Shown in pieces: positions 25,935 through 37,508 of a stretch of 64,000 nucleotides of DNA (its first letter is position 1; every line of letters starts with the position of its first letter). The notes under the pieces are model-generated. The model worked only from the letters and a program-made list of their open reading frames with translations, searched no databases and was not told the DNA's origin. Source of the DNA: Marsupella aquatica (taxonomy: Eukaryota; Plantae; Marchantiophyta); NCBI GenBank assembly GCA_973895155.1, contig OZ316893.1, positions 9,487,839 through 9,551,838 of the forward strand, written 5' to 3'. The position numbers were made by a program, and so were the translations under genes.

Positions 25935-26900
25935 TCCACCGGAGGGTATTTGTTTGTTGGATCTTTTTGGTGGGATTAGCACTGGATTGGCTGCGGTTCT
26001 TCAGGCAGGAATTCCTGTGCGTCTTTATTTGTATGTGGAGACAGATGAGATAGCACGGAGGGTCTCATTGCAACATGTGGCTATGTTGGTGGATAGATAT
26101 CCACAGTTGCTGCCAGTGGATGTTGTTCGTGGTTATCAGCATGCACTACCTACTGATATTTCATTGTTGGGGGCGGATCATCTGCATTGTGTTGGCCCCA
26201 TTGATTTGGTGATTGCTGGTTGGCCATGTCAGGGCCAATCTAGAGCTGGCGTTGGGCATGGACTTCATGATCCACGCTCTGCATTTTTTTGGGAGATGTT
26301 ACGGGTGCTGCGTCATCTCTAGCTACATCAGACACAGTCTCCAACATACATTTTGGAGAATGTGCCATTGTTAGGTGATGATCGTAGTCGGATTGTTGCC
26401 AGTGTTCACCAGGTGAGGTCTTGGATTGGACCTGTTGTGTTATTGGATGCTGCACATGTGGGTTCTCATGCACATCGTCCACGCTTGTGGTGGACTAATT
26501 TGATCCCATGTGAGGTGTTGAAGCGCGCATTTGACAGTATTCCACGCTCACCCGCCTTAGTGGTGGATGCTATTTTGGATCCAGTGCGTCGTGCACAGGG
26601 TGTGACCCAATCTGATAGACCTCCATTGGCAATGGTCAATGCAGTTGGGCGCCCATGTTGTGCATTACCCACTCTTGTAAGCTACTCTGCTTCATATGCA
26701 TTCAGAGCAAGTGGCCCTGGACTTGTGTGGGACACAGCTCTCCAGCAGTTAGTGGAACCTACTGCTGATGAGAGAGAGCGTGCTATGGGATTTTTGACTA
26801 GCACCACTGCAGTTGCCTCTGTGTCAGAGGGTTTGCGGCGCCAGGTTCTTGGCCAAGCAATGGATCTGAATTGTTTGACTTGGATTATCAGCTTGGGAGT
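25935..26900 (+). pseudogene. DNMT3-like C5-cytosine DNA methyltransferase domain within Gypsy pol (one in-frame stop at 26320-26322)
   Basis: Motif I LLDLFGGISTG; II YVETDE; IV DLVIAGWPCQGQS (catalytic PC); VI YILENV; VIII AHRPRLWWTN; IX ERERAMGF; X RRQVLGQAMD. In frame with the protease. Confidence 0.92.
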
Positions 26901-27131
26901 AGCTGAACAGTTGCGGATGCGCCTGCTGGAATTATTGATCATTGTCCCTTGGTGAGCTTGCGGTCCACTGAGATAGTACTGACCACAGCTGGGGGCGAGC
27001 AGATAGTCCATGGACCTATGGCAGGATTGGCCAAGGCTGGACAGATTGTTGAGCAGGAAGGGACTGCTCAATCTACTGCTAAATAGCAATCATCGGCTAT
27101 CTCTTCTACCCTACAAAGAGATATTAGGGAT

Positions 27132-28610
27132 TTGGTGGAGAGTTGGGAACCACAACTTGGCCCTAAGTTGACAGGGGAGGAGAGATGTCGCATGCATCGA
27201 TTCCTGAAGAGTTACTGGAATTGTTTTGCATTTAGCATGAAGGATTTGGGGACATTAAAGGGTCTTGGTATTCAAATTGAATCGGCTAGTGATGCGCCAA
27301 TCTTTCGTAGGCCATACCGTTATAGTGACATGGAGAGAGCTTTGATTCAAAGCAGGATTCAAGATTTGTTGGAGGCTGGATTGGTGGAGATTTCATATGG
27401 GGAGTATGCATCTGCCACAGTGATGCCAGCCAAGAAGGATGTGCATGGCAATTACACAGATAGGCGCATGTGTGGTGATTATAGACCCATTAATCGCCAG
27501 ACAAAATTTGATAGATATGCCATGCCCACACCTGAGGAGATCTTTGATGCAGTGGGGCATGCAAAGGTTTTCAGTTCATTGGATCTGGGGGCAGGGTATC
27601 ATCAGCTTCCAATTAGGCATGCTGACAAGTCCAAGACAACATTCTGGGGGATTGATTCTTATGGCAAAGATCGTTTGTATCAATGGTTATTCTTACCATT
27701 TGGGTTGAAGAATGCACCAGCTGAGTTCCAGAGAGTCATGGATCGAATCCTTGCAAGTTTGGATTTTGTCAGATGTTATATTGATAATATTTTGGTTTAT
27801 TCTGCTACTGTGGAAGAACATCAGCAGCACTTGCAGATTGTGTTGGAGAAATTGAGAGCACATGGGTTGAAGCTCTATCCTAGCAAGTGTAAGTTCTTCC
27901 AAGACCAGATTGAGTATTTGGGCCACACTATATGCCCAGGGGGATTGGGTGTATAGCAGACTAAAGTGGAGGCCATTACACAGATTCCTTGTCCTACTGA
28001 TGTGAGTAGAGTTCGTGCATTCTTAGGATTGGCGAGCTACTACAGGAGGTATGTTAAAGGATTTAGCCAGCTTGCTAAACCTTTGACCATACTCACTAAG
28101 TTGGATCAAGAATGGATTTGGGGTGATGACCAGGAGCATGCCTTTCAGGAGTTGAAGCAAAGGTTGGCATCATCCCCTATTTTGAGAAGACCCATTTCAG
28201 GCAGACCATTTCAGCTACACATTGATTGGAGTGGAGTAGGACTTGGAGCAGTGTTGACTCAGAAGGATGATGGGGGGAATGAGTTTGTTGTGGCTTATGC
28301 CAGTAGATCAAACAATTCAGCAGAGGCTAAGTATAGCTCTTATGAGGGAGAGTGTTTGGCAGCAGTGTGGGCTATTGCACATTTTTGTTGCTACTTGTTT
28401 GGTAACCCCTTTACCTTGATCACTGATCATCAGCCTCTTAAGTGGTTAATGGAGTCTGACAAGCTTACAGGGAAGCTTGCACGATGGGCATTGTTGTTAC
28501 AGGAGTATGATTTCCAGGTGGTGCATAGGCCTGGAAAAGTGAACTTGGATGCAGATGGATTAAGCCGCAATCCATGTACCAGTCAACAGGATGAGACTGG
28601 AGCCAAATGA
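27132..28610 (+). pseudogene. Gypsy reverse transcriptase and RNase H
   Basis: RMCGDYRPIN; FSSLDLGAGYHQ; LPFGLKNAPAEFQR; YIDNIL (YxDD-like); YLGH; FLGLASYYRRYV; YSSYEGECLAAVWA; TDHQPL; NLDADGLSR. Confidence 0.95.
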
Positions 28611-28779
28611 CATGATGAGTCAGATAAGGAGATGGTGTCAGGATGGCATGCATCTGCCTTTCTTTGTTGGGTGCCAGCATATAGTGGATCTGTGGACTCT
28701 ACCTCATTGGATGGAGTGGATGAGGAGTCTTCAGATGTGGATGTTGGTGAGGTAACTTCTGGACAGCAAGATATTCACA

Positions 28780-30030
28780 ATGATGTGAGAGTGTTGGAAT
28801 ATCTGCGTAGTGGTTCTATTGTTGGTAGTGTTGATGCCAAAGAACGTGACAGGGTTCTACAAAGAGCCAAGAGATTTCGATGGGAGGGAAACCATCTTTT
28901 GAGAGTACTGCATGATGGTAGGGTGTTGGTGGTACCAAAACCATCACAACGAGTACATTTGGTGCGACATGCACACGAGGAGTTGGGGCACTTTGGTGTG
29001 AAGCGCACTTATAGCTTGTTGCAGACACAGTATTGGTGGCGTGGTATGCACATTCATGTCCAGTAGTTGATAGCTAAGTGTGTGGTATGTGATAGAGTGA
29101 GAGCATCATTTAATGCTCCCACTCCCCAGTTGCACCCGTTGCCGATCATGGGTTTGGGATATCGTTGGAGTTTGGATTTTGCTGGTCCATTACCTCTTAC
29201 CCAACGTCATAATTGGTATGTTTTGGTCATGGTGGAGCACTTCTCCAAGTGGATTGAGCTAGTGGCGTTGCCCGATAAAGCTAGTGGAGGAGTTGCTACT
29301 ACATTTTTGGATCGTGTATTCAGTCATTTTGGAGCACCAGCTGAGGTGTTGACTGATCAGGGAACTGATTTCCGTGGAGAGTTTGAGAGTTTGTGTGAAC
29401 AAGCTCTGATTGATCATTGTACTACCTCTTGTGATCATCCTGAGGCAAATGGATTAGTTGAGAGAGTTGTGCAAACTGTGAAGAGAGGATTGCGTAAATA
29501 TGGCTTGTAGGTTGGTCATTTGGGAGATTGAGATCTCCAGCTACCTTGGTTAGCTATGGGCTACCGTTTCAGTCGGCAAGCATCACTTGCATCCTTCTCA
29601 CCTTACTTTTTGCTTTATGGTAGAGAGCCAGATTTGCCAGCAGCTATTCGTCGTGATGCTGCACCAGTTGTGAACTTGGATGATCCTGATGTTTGGGTCA
29701 CTCAAGGTGTATTCAAAGAGAGCATGAGTATTTCAGATAGTGATGCCCATGGCTTTTGACAACCTTGCCATTGCCCAACATCGTGATACTTTGAGGTATG
29801 CCACTATTCGTGGAGGAGGTTACCGTGCAAGCATTTGACGATTTCATCATGGTGATTATGTTTATTTGCAACAGACAACACCCACAACACTTGATGTGAC
29901 CGCAGGTCGGACAATCTTATGAGTGCGTGAAGTGTTGCCTTTTGGTGCCTTGATGTTGGAGGGACGCGATGGTATGGTTTGGAAGGATCATGTGCGCAAC
30001 TGTGCACCATGTCACCTTCCCAACATTGAT
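28780..30030 (+). pseudogene. Gypsy integrase (HHCC, DDE core)
   Basis: HEELGHFG...CVVC; WSLDFAGP; VEHFSKW; VLTDQGTDF; NGLVERVVQTVK; SPYFLLYGRE. Confidence 0.93.
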
Positions 30031-30074
30031 GGTACAGTAGATCCAAGCTTGGCACATGTTCGTGCTGGCTTGAA

Positions 30075-30216
30075 ATATATATTGTGTGGATCTGCTCAGG
30101 GAACAGCTACTATGTTGATTTATGATAAGTGTTCTAGAGGATGACACATGTCATGTTTGACACCACCATTGCAGGTGATTCCTAGTGGATCATGGTTGTG
30201 TCCTCAGTGTCGGTGA
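30075..30216 (+). pseudogene. C-terminal PHD finger of Gypsy pol
   Basis: YILCGSAQGTATMLIYDKCSRG*HMSCLTPPLQVIPSGSWLCPQCR*, which is C4HC3 if the two Tyr (TAT) and the stop (TGA) are G>A decay of Cys (TGT) and Trp (TGG). Confidence 0.85.
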
Positions 30217-30517
30217 AGCCGACTAGTTATCATTTGTGTTCTCTTGGCAGATATGGATTGCAGGTAGGTGATCGATGGGGCTCACCCTCCTGATCTTCAC
30301 ACCTAAAAAGGTGTATATCAACCTTGTAGAACTCATGGCTAGCTAGAGTTAGGGGACCTTACTCCCAGCTACGGGGGCGATTGTGGGTTTTGGACATGTG
30401 TGGACATGAGTTCCACTTGTATTCCATTCTCTTGTGTTTGTGATGTGGCAGTGTGACTATGTCTGGATGTATGTGACAAGCGATGTATATTGTGTAGCAA
30501 TGTGTATGCGCACGACA

Positions 30518-32233
30518 AGCAGTAGATCAGCCTGAGTCATCTACTAGAAGAACTTCCAATCATTCTACTAGAGCTCCTACCAGGTATGGTCAATGGGCAG
30601 ACTCATCTAAGCTAGATGATATTGACATTGCACCTGATGATGATGATATGGCTTTGATCTTGGAAGAAGAAGAGCCTTCTTCATACAGTGAGGCTTGTGC
30701 TTCAGAGCAGAAGCATGAGTGGAATGCAGCAATGCAGAGGGAGTTGCAATCTTTGAGTGACAACAAGACATGGGAGCTGGTGGAGCTTCCAAGAGGTCAG
30801 CAAGTGGTGGATAGCAAGTGGATTTACAAGTTGAAGGACAAAGGGTGGAGATAAGATCTACAAGGCAAGGCTTGTTTCCAAGGGGTTCACTTAGGAGAAA
30901 GGAGTGAATTACAATGAGGTCTTTCACCGGTGGCTAAGTATTCCACAATACGGATCTTGTGTCAGCTTGTTGTGTTTTTTGGTCTGGTGATGGATCAGAT
31001 GGATGGTGTTACTGCTTTTCTCTATGGCAACTTGGAAGAGTTGATCTTCATGAGACAGCCACTAGGCTTTATGAAGAAGGGCCAAGAGAACTTAGTTTGC
31101 AGATTGCTCAAGTCCTTGTATGGATTGAAGAGTCTCCCAGATAGTGGAACAAGCGGTTTGATGATTTCATGCTTGCTCAAGGTTTTACAAGGATGGTGTA
31201 TGATCTTTGTGTGTATACAAAATCAGTCAAGAATGATGTATTTGGTTTCATCATTCTGGTGATCTATGTGGATGACATGTTGATTGTGGCTAAAGATCAA
31301 TCTGAGGTTGACAGTCTTAAGGCAAAATTGAGTGCTGAATTCAGGATGAAAGATCTTGGTAAGGCCAAGAGGATCTTAGGGATGGAGATTTTTAGGAACT
31401 CTGAGACTGGACAGTTGTGCTTGAGTCAAGGCCAGTATGCGAAGAAAGTACTTGCACGATTCAACATGGAGAACTGTAAGCCAATGAGTATTCCTTTAGC
31501 TTCACATTTCAAGTTATCATCGGCTTTCTCTCCTATGGATGCTGTGGAGAAAGTTCTGATGGCTAAGATTCCTTATGAGAAGGCAGTAGACAGTCTGATG
31601 TATTTGATGACTTGTACTAGGCCTGACTTGGCCCTAGCAATGGGCAAGGTTAGTAGATTTATGTCAAATCCAGGGAAGGTACATTGGGAAGCTGTGAAGT
31701 GGATTCTCAGGTATCTGAAGGGAACACGGGACTATGGATTACTATTTGATAATAGATCAAATAGAACATTAGTTGGCTATGTAGATTCTGACTATGGAGG
31801 CTGTCTAGATACAAGGAGGTCTAGAACTGGGTTTGTATTTACTCTTGGAGGAGGATGTATCAGTTGGAAATCTACCTTGCAGAAGTGCATATCTCAGTCT
31901 ACTACAAAAGCAGAGTATGTTGCAGCAGCAGAAGCAACAAAGGAAGCAATTTGGTTGGACAAGTTGATCGCGGAGATGGGTTTAGAGCATGGTAAAATGA
32001 CTCTAAACTATGATAGTCAGAGTGCTCTTCACTTGGCTGCTAACCAAGTGATGGATAGCAGGGTAAAGCACATTGATATCAGGTACCATTTTATCAGGCA
32101 AACAGTGTCTGATAAAACTTTTGAGCTAGTCAAGATTGATGGAAAGCTCAAGCCCACTGATGCCTTTACCAAAGTGAATCCTTTACAGAGTTTCTCAAGA
32201 CACCGTGCTACTTTGCAGGTTTTGCAGTTGTAG
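30518..32233 (+). pseudogene. Copia reverse transcriptase / RNase H (3' part of pol)
   Basis: WNAAMQRELQSL..NKTWELV; KWIYK; LLKSLYGLK; IYVDDMLI; YLMTCTRPDLA; GYVDSDYGG; STTKAEY; KHIDIRYHFIR. Removing the Gypsy insert restores the frame QPAAA|VDQPESSTRRTS..RAPTRYG. Confidence 0.95.
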
Positions 32234-32440
32234 TACAAGTAGAGTTATTTAACAATGTGTGACTATTTGTATATGGATTACTCATTCCTGTTTGGCTACG
32301 GCTTAGTTCTAGTTAACCCTTAGTTAACCCTTGTGGTTTTTAGGGGGAGACCTGGTTTAGTGATTGTCTAGAACTTCCCGCTGAGGATTCCATATGGTAG
32401 CATTTAGTCCAGTCCCCAAGACAAGGGTCAAGGGGGAGTT

Positions 32441-32781
32441 TGTTAGATATTGATCTAGTCTTGTGACTCATGAGCTAACTACAGTTAGGCTAACTTGGGT
32501 TAGGACTTAGCTAATGTTAGCGGTAGTGCTATTGTGCTTATAGCCATGGCTGATGCCAGACCCTGGTGGAACTTAGGCTCATTGTTACGGAGCTAGTTGA
32601 GAGATAGGGAGAGCTTGTGCTGTGGATGGGTATGGCCGATCGGCCTAGAGTGCAGTAAAGCTCTTGTGTGTTCCCGTGGACGTAGCCTCATGTGGAGGTG
32701 AACCATGTATCTCTCTGTGTCGACTATTGTACCTTGGATGGTTCATGGGCTTGCCGTTACGAATGTCGTCTATGCTCAACA
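32441..32781 (+). repeat. Copia 3' LTR
   Basis: Preceded by PPT CAAGGGGGAGTT, followed by TSD AAAGC. Confidence 0.97.
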
Positions 32782-33158
32782 AAAGCAAGGCTCTGACCAT
32801 GAATTAAGGATAGTCAAGGGGTGAGGATAATCAAGACTCAAGACCAGGTTTGTTGGGTAGAAGAAAAATCAACCAACTAATCCTTGTTATGGCTTGCTCC
32901 TCACACCACCCTTATTATCTCCTCCCCTGAGTTTTGGGGAATCCAATGGCCATGGGCAAATGTCACCACCTAGTTACACTTGGAGAATTGTGAATATTGA
33001 GAGACAATGGGCAAAGGGCGCAGGCACGGGCAACAAGGTACCAGAGGCTCATAATGAACCTTGAAGTTGTCTTTTGTTTTGAATCAATGCCCTAAAAATA
33101 AGCTGGGATATATTTTCCCCCAAAATGAGAGCTTGAGCACAAGTTTTGAGAGGCTATC

Positions 33159-33795
33159 TTGTTAGGTATTTACTCTTGGGTCTAGAGTAATGACTGTAAC
33201 CATAGTTATGTAGAGCAAAAACGTGACCTCCAATGGTTGCACATGACCATTCAACAAGCAAGTAGTTGGCATACATTGAGAGATATGTGGTTCACCTCCA
33301 ATGAGGCTACATCCACAAGAACATAGAAATATTTTGATGCCCTCTAGGACCGTTAGCTATACCAAGTCCCCACAACATAAGCTCTCCATATCTCTCAAAT
33401 GTCTATGTAACAACTAACTTGAGTTTACAAGCAAACATTGCTTGAGTTTATAGTCCGAGGCAACACAACTAACCTAACCAAGACTGTGACTATGGTTAGC
33501 CCTACTTCTGACTACAATAGTAACTCTAGACTAAGAGCAAATGCCTAACAAGTTAGGCCAACAATAGTTACAAACTTGGTTTATGTATGCAAGCAAGTGT
33601 TTGCTTGTCTAAGGAACTCAGGCTTATTGTTACACAACCACTTGAGAGATAGTGAGAGATTATGCTAAGAAGACTTGGTATGGCCAACAACTTAGAGTGC
33701 AGACTTAAAGCTCTTGTGTGTTCCCATGGATGTGCCCTCATTATTTGGAGACTAACCACATATTTCTTGTTGTTGATTATTTCTTTGTTGGATGC
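33159..33795. repeat. Cluster of degenerate LTR relics related to the Copia LTR, in both orientations
   Basis: 33612-33795 (+) resembles the LTR segment AGGCTCATTGTTAC..GAGAGATAG..TAAAGCTCTTGTGTGTTCCC. 33278-33330 is the reverse complement of GTGGA(C/T)GTAGCCTCAT..GGAGGTGAACCAC(G/A)TATCTCTC. TTGTTAGG(T/C)ATTT(A/G)CTCTT occurs at 33159 (+) and ~33551 (-). Confidence 0.65.
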
Positions 33796-34852
33796 ATGCT
33801 GTTGAGAGTTTTGCCCACTAACCTAATTACCCATTCCTTTGCTCTAGGAAATGAATTTACCTCGAGACCATAGCCCTGGAAAATAGCCTTACATTGCATT
33901 TAATTAGTAATTAGTAAGATGCTCAACATATATTCCTAATGCTCTAGTAAAAGAATCTTAATACACTTGTCTAAGAGATTTTTCTTGTTACTAATTTTAG
34001 TAAAAGTAAAGGAGAACCTTAATGAATGAGATATACAAATCTTGATTGTGCATTTCTCACAAGAATTCCTGTAAATTGAAAGTGAAATAAACATGTAGAT
34101 TGAAAGTGAAAATAAGCAGGAAAAATCACCAAAGACATTAAAGAATATCACAAAGGGCATGAAAGGTATTGTATTAGCTTCCGGAAAATACACAAAGGGT
34201 ATTAAATAGGGCATCTCAAAGTTATCAATTTGATGGACCTACACTCCCTAGTTACCCATTTTGCGCTTTTTCCCCTAAGTATTAGTCTTACATGCCATTA
34301 CCATCAATCACTCTAGAGGCTGGTGACCAAAAAACCCCCAAAAAAAAACTTTACATAACCTTTTGTAAAAGTTATTCCTTTATGGTCTAATGCCATATCC
34401 ATAATCTCAAAGCGTTGAGACTCCGTAATACATAGTAGAGTCCGGGTGAAAGATCACTACTGTATCAGCTTCCGATTGTGCATTCGTCTTGTGTCCACCT
34501 TCCTGATGCGATCGTTTGGCTTTTTGATCATGCGCGAAACAGAAATTTGAGTGAAGGTACCACACCTAGAGCGATTGTGTCAATAGCTGCTCACAGAATG
34601 GTTTGCTGAGCATGCGAGAAAATTGAGGAAGAAGGGCCTGTTTGAGCTCTGTTTCTGAGTTCTGTTCTGACTCTTTAGTACTCAATCCGCGAGATCAATC
34701 CAGACCTCCTAGACCTGCCTGAAGCCAGAGAAGGGAGCTTCTCAATGGTTTCGTCGATGAGGTAAAATGTGTGCGGTCGAGGTGCATTTAGTCTGCTGAG
34801 TTGCTGGGAGAAGGTGGTGGAGGGGAGGGGAAGGGAAGGGAAAGGAAACAGC

Positions 34853-36827
34853 ATGGCCGCCGGAAGGCACGCCTCGCTGCTGAAACCCTTGTTGAGGCAT
34901 TTGACAGGATTTAATAATGTGAGACACAATTCGGAGGGTTTCAGCAGATGCTTGACGTCGTCTGCGCTTGGAGCAGCTTTTGCCGATTCATCTCTTCGTC
35001 ATGCTTGTGCATTGCGTTCTGATTACTCCGGCAGTCTCATTGGAATTCAACTTTTCAAAGGAATCCAGTGCCGTGACTATTCTAGCGGCAGTCAAGGGAT
35101 CCCAGGTGGTCCATCTGGTACGTCGACTCCTCGAAGAGAAAAATCACATCACTTGATATGCACGAGATGGATAATCCATCAGAAGAATTACAAAGAGGGA
35201 CATGAAGATATATGTCTCAAACCGGTATAAATAGAGGAGCTAAGAGGCTAAACCCTAAAGGACTTGCACTACAATGTGAAGTTCGTAAGATTCAGCAGTC
35301 TTCCTCTCGTGACCTGTCCTGATTGTCGATGTTTTGATTCAGTCGGTCCGAAATGTGCATGCAGGGCCTGCAGGGTCGGAGGGGTTTGGAGATCTTACAT
35401 CACAATCCGTTGTGACGGATGACATGCTGGACAGTTTGATAGCCCTGAAGGATTTTGGGGACATCGAAGGCCTCCCGCCGCTGGATCAGATCTTGGACGA
35501 GGATGAGGAGAGGGAAAAGAAGGCGAGGAGGAGAGAAATGGAGAAGAAGAAACAGCTGGAGATTGCTGCGATGCGAGTGAAGACAGTGGATGAGTTCGGG
35601 CGTGCTTATGGAACAGGTAGGAGGAAAGCAAGCACAGCTAGGGTTTGGATAAAGGAGGGTGAAGGGAAGATTACCATTAACGGGAAGCCTCATGATCTCT
35701 ATTTCCCTGACATTGATCAGCGCCTCCAGCTGCTGGAGCCATTCTTGCAAACTAGTCAATTAGGTGTGTTCGACGTTCGAGCAACTGTGAAAGGCGGTGG
35801 TTTCTCAGGTATTTATACTTCGTGCACTTTGTAATGAGAGGAAAGGCTTTTCCCATCAAAATATAGAAAAAAAGAGAGGCAACTCTTGTAACGGAAATAG
35901 TGAAGAGTTAGGGTCACACTGTCAAAATCTGGACTCTAGTTGTTTGTAGACTTTCCTTATTGGGCTCTTCAGTGATGCATTCTCGGTGTAGTACTCGGTC
36001 CCTTGCGCTGGCGAGTTCCCTGGCTTTTTTGTCGAAACAATTTAGGGTTGGGACTGATGGATATCTTGCGTATTCCAGGACAATCAGGTGCCTTAAGGCA
36101 TGGTATCAGCAAAGCTTTGCAACTCTATGATCCAAACTTTCGCCCCGCATTGAAATCAGGTATATGTCGTGGTTTATTCATAACCGATCCCTTTCAAAAT
36201 GATCAATTGTCATCGAGGCATTTGTTCTCGTTTGAGCCAGGTTTCTTGTGGTTTGCTTGGGTTACTTAGGTTTAACTTTGGTGGTCTTATGGAGAGGGAT
36301 GGTGTGGAAATGTCGTCGGTAGATTTCAATCAGACTCTTATTCCCTTAGCAATAATGATCCATCGATCACCCACCTGCTAAATGGAGATATGCAAACAAA
36401 AGAAAAGGGAGTGATTTCTCGTGCTCAGTAAGCCTCTCGTCAATGGGGGCTAGTGCTGGCCATAGAATGAGGAGACCTGTACCCCAGGGTTTATAAGTTT
36501 TTGTTGTTGTCAAGGGAACGCCAGATCTGAGGGTGGCGCATTTTGCCTTCCACTTCTTTCTTTGAATATAAATTCAGCATTAGAGATTTATCAGGTGTTG
36601 GACACAAAGAGGCATCTAGATATACCTCTGCCTGGTTCATCTGTGTACCCAAAACCTTTAGTTGCACTTGTCGGGGTTACCTCGTGATGGATGGAGATTA
36701 ATCTCTAACGGTTTTCCTTATGTTTGTGTGCACAGCTGGAATGCTTACAAGGGACTCTCGTGTCGTTGAGCGGAAAAAACCAGGAAAAGCTAAGGCCCGG
36801 AAGAGCTACCAGTGGGTCAAGCGATAG
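34853..36827 (+). CDS. RPS9: Mitochondrial ribosomal protein S9 (uS9m), 4 exons (34853-35117, 35343-35808, 36079-36159, 36736-36827)
   Basis: [18 protein letters not shown]; [21 protein letters not shown]; [29 protein letters not shown]. Long N-terminal extension typical of the mitochondrial form; GT-AG introns. Confidence 0.93.
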
Positions 36828-37439
36828 AGCTTGGACATCGAGCAAACATTCCTCATATCACTCGTGCATGTGCTGTGACTAGAAATTCACTCTGGATTGC
36901 TGTCACTTTTCTCTGATTACTGGAGGTCAGTTGGGATGATGTTATGGATGACCTACCTATTGAGCATGGAGATTCTTTGAAGAAGTAATCGTACCACTTG
37001 TTAACTGTGGTAGAACAGTTGACATTGGTAACTTAACTTCATGTACCAGTACAAGATTTTGGGAGAATCCTTACCTTCATCCTGTAGTTCTGGTGGTACC
37101 GTGCCTAAGAAAGTAGCGCACTGACCTGTACGGGCAGTCACAACAGATGTTAGCCAACCCAAGAACTTATCTTGGCACGAGAACAGATGCGAATGGTGGT
37201 CTTGAGGATGGATCATTTTGCAGATCCTGTGTAATTATTAGGGTATACTGAGAATACCCATCAAAGCTGTAAATGGGGGTTCTGCGAACAAACTCTTCTC
37301 TGGGAACGCACCCTTCGTCAAAATGAAATAGCACAGTTTTTGTAATTCCTGACGGGTTCCTTATTCCACAGCAGTGGTCACATTGGCCCCCCTCAGTGCT
37401 GTCTGGTTGAAAGCCATCTGTATTTGTATTCCTTGGAGC

Positions 37440-37508
37440 GTTGGTACTATTTTCCTGGATTCTCTAATTGGTGGTGTTGGTATTATTTCCCTGGATTCTC
37501 TAATTGGA
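37440..37508. repeat. 33-bp tandem duplication
   Basis: GTTGGTA(C/T)TATTT(T/C)CCTGGATTCTCTAATTGG twice. Confidence 0.7.

Larger units (their letters stand above)
20985..30517 (+). mobile_element. Ty3/Gypsy-type retrotransposon carrying a DNA cytosine methyltransferase and a PHD finger, nested in the Copia pol
   Basis: Ends TGTC...GACA. 4-bp TSD AGCA at 20981-20984 and 30518-30521; excision restores the Copia reading frame. Order gag-PR-DNMT-RT-RH-IN-PHD. PPT-like GGGGGCGA at 30373-30380. Confidence 0.9.
16428..32781 (+). mobile_element. Full-length Ty1/Copia LTR retrotransposon (decayed), interrupted by a Gypsy insertion
   Basis: LTRs 16428-16768 and 32441-32781 (TG...CA, both 341 bp, about a dozen substitutions plus 2 small indels by eye). 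5-bp TSD AAAGC at 16423-16427 and 32782-32786. PBS TGGTATCAGAGC; PPT AAGGGGGAG; domain order gag-PR-IN-RT-RH. Confidence 0.97.
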
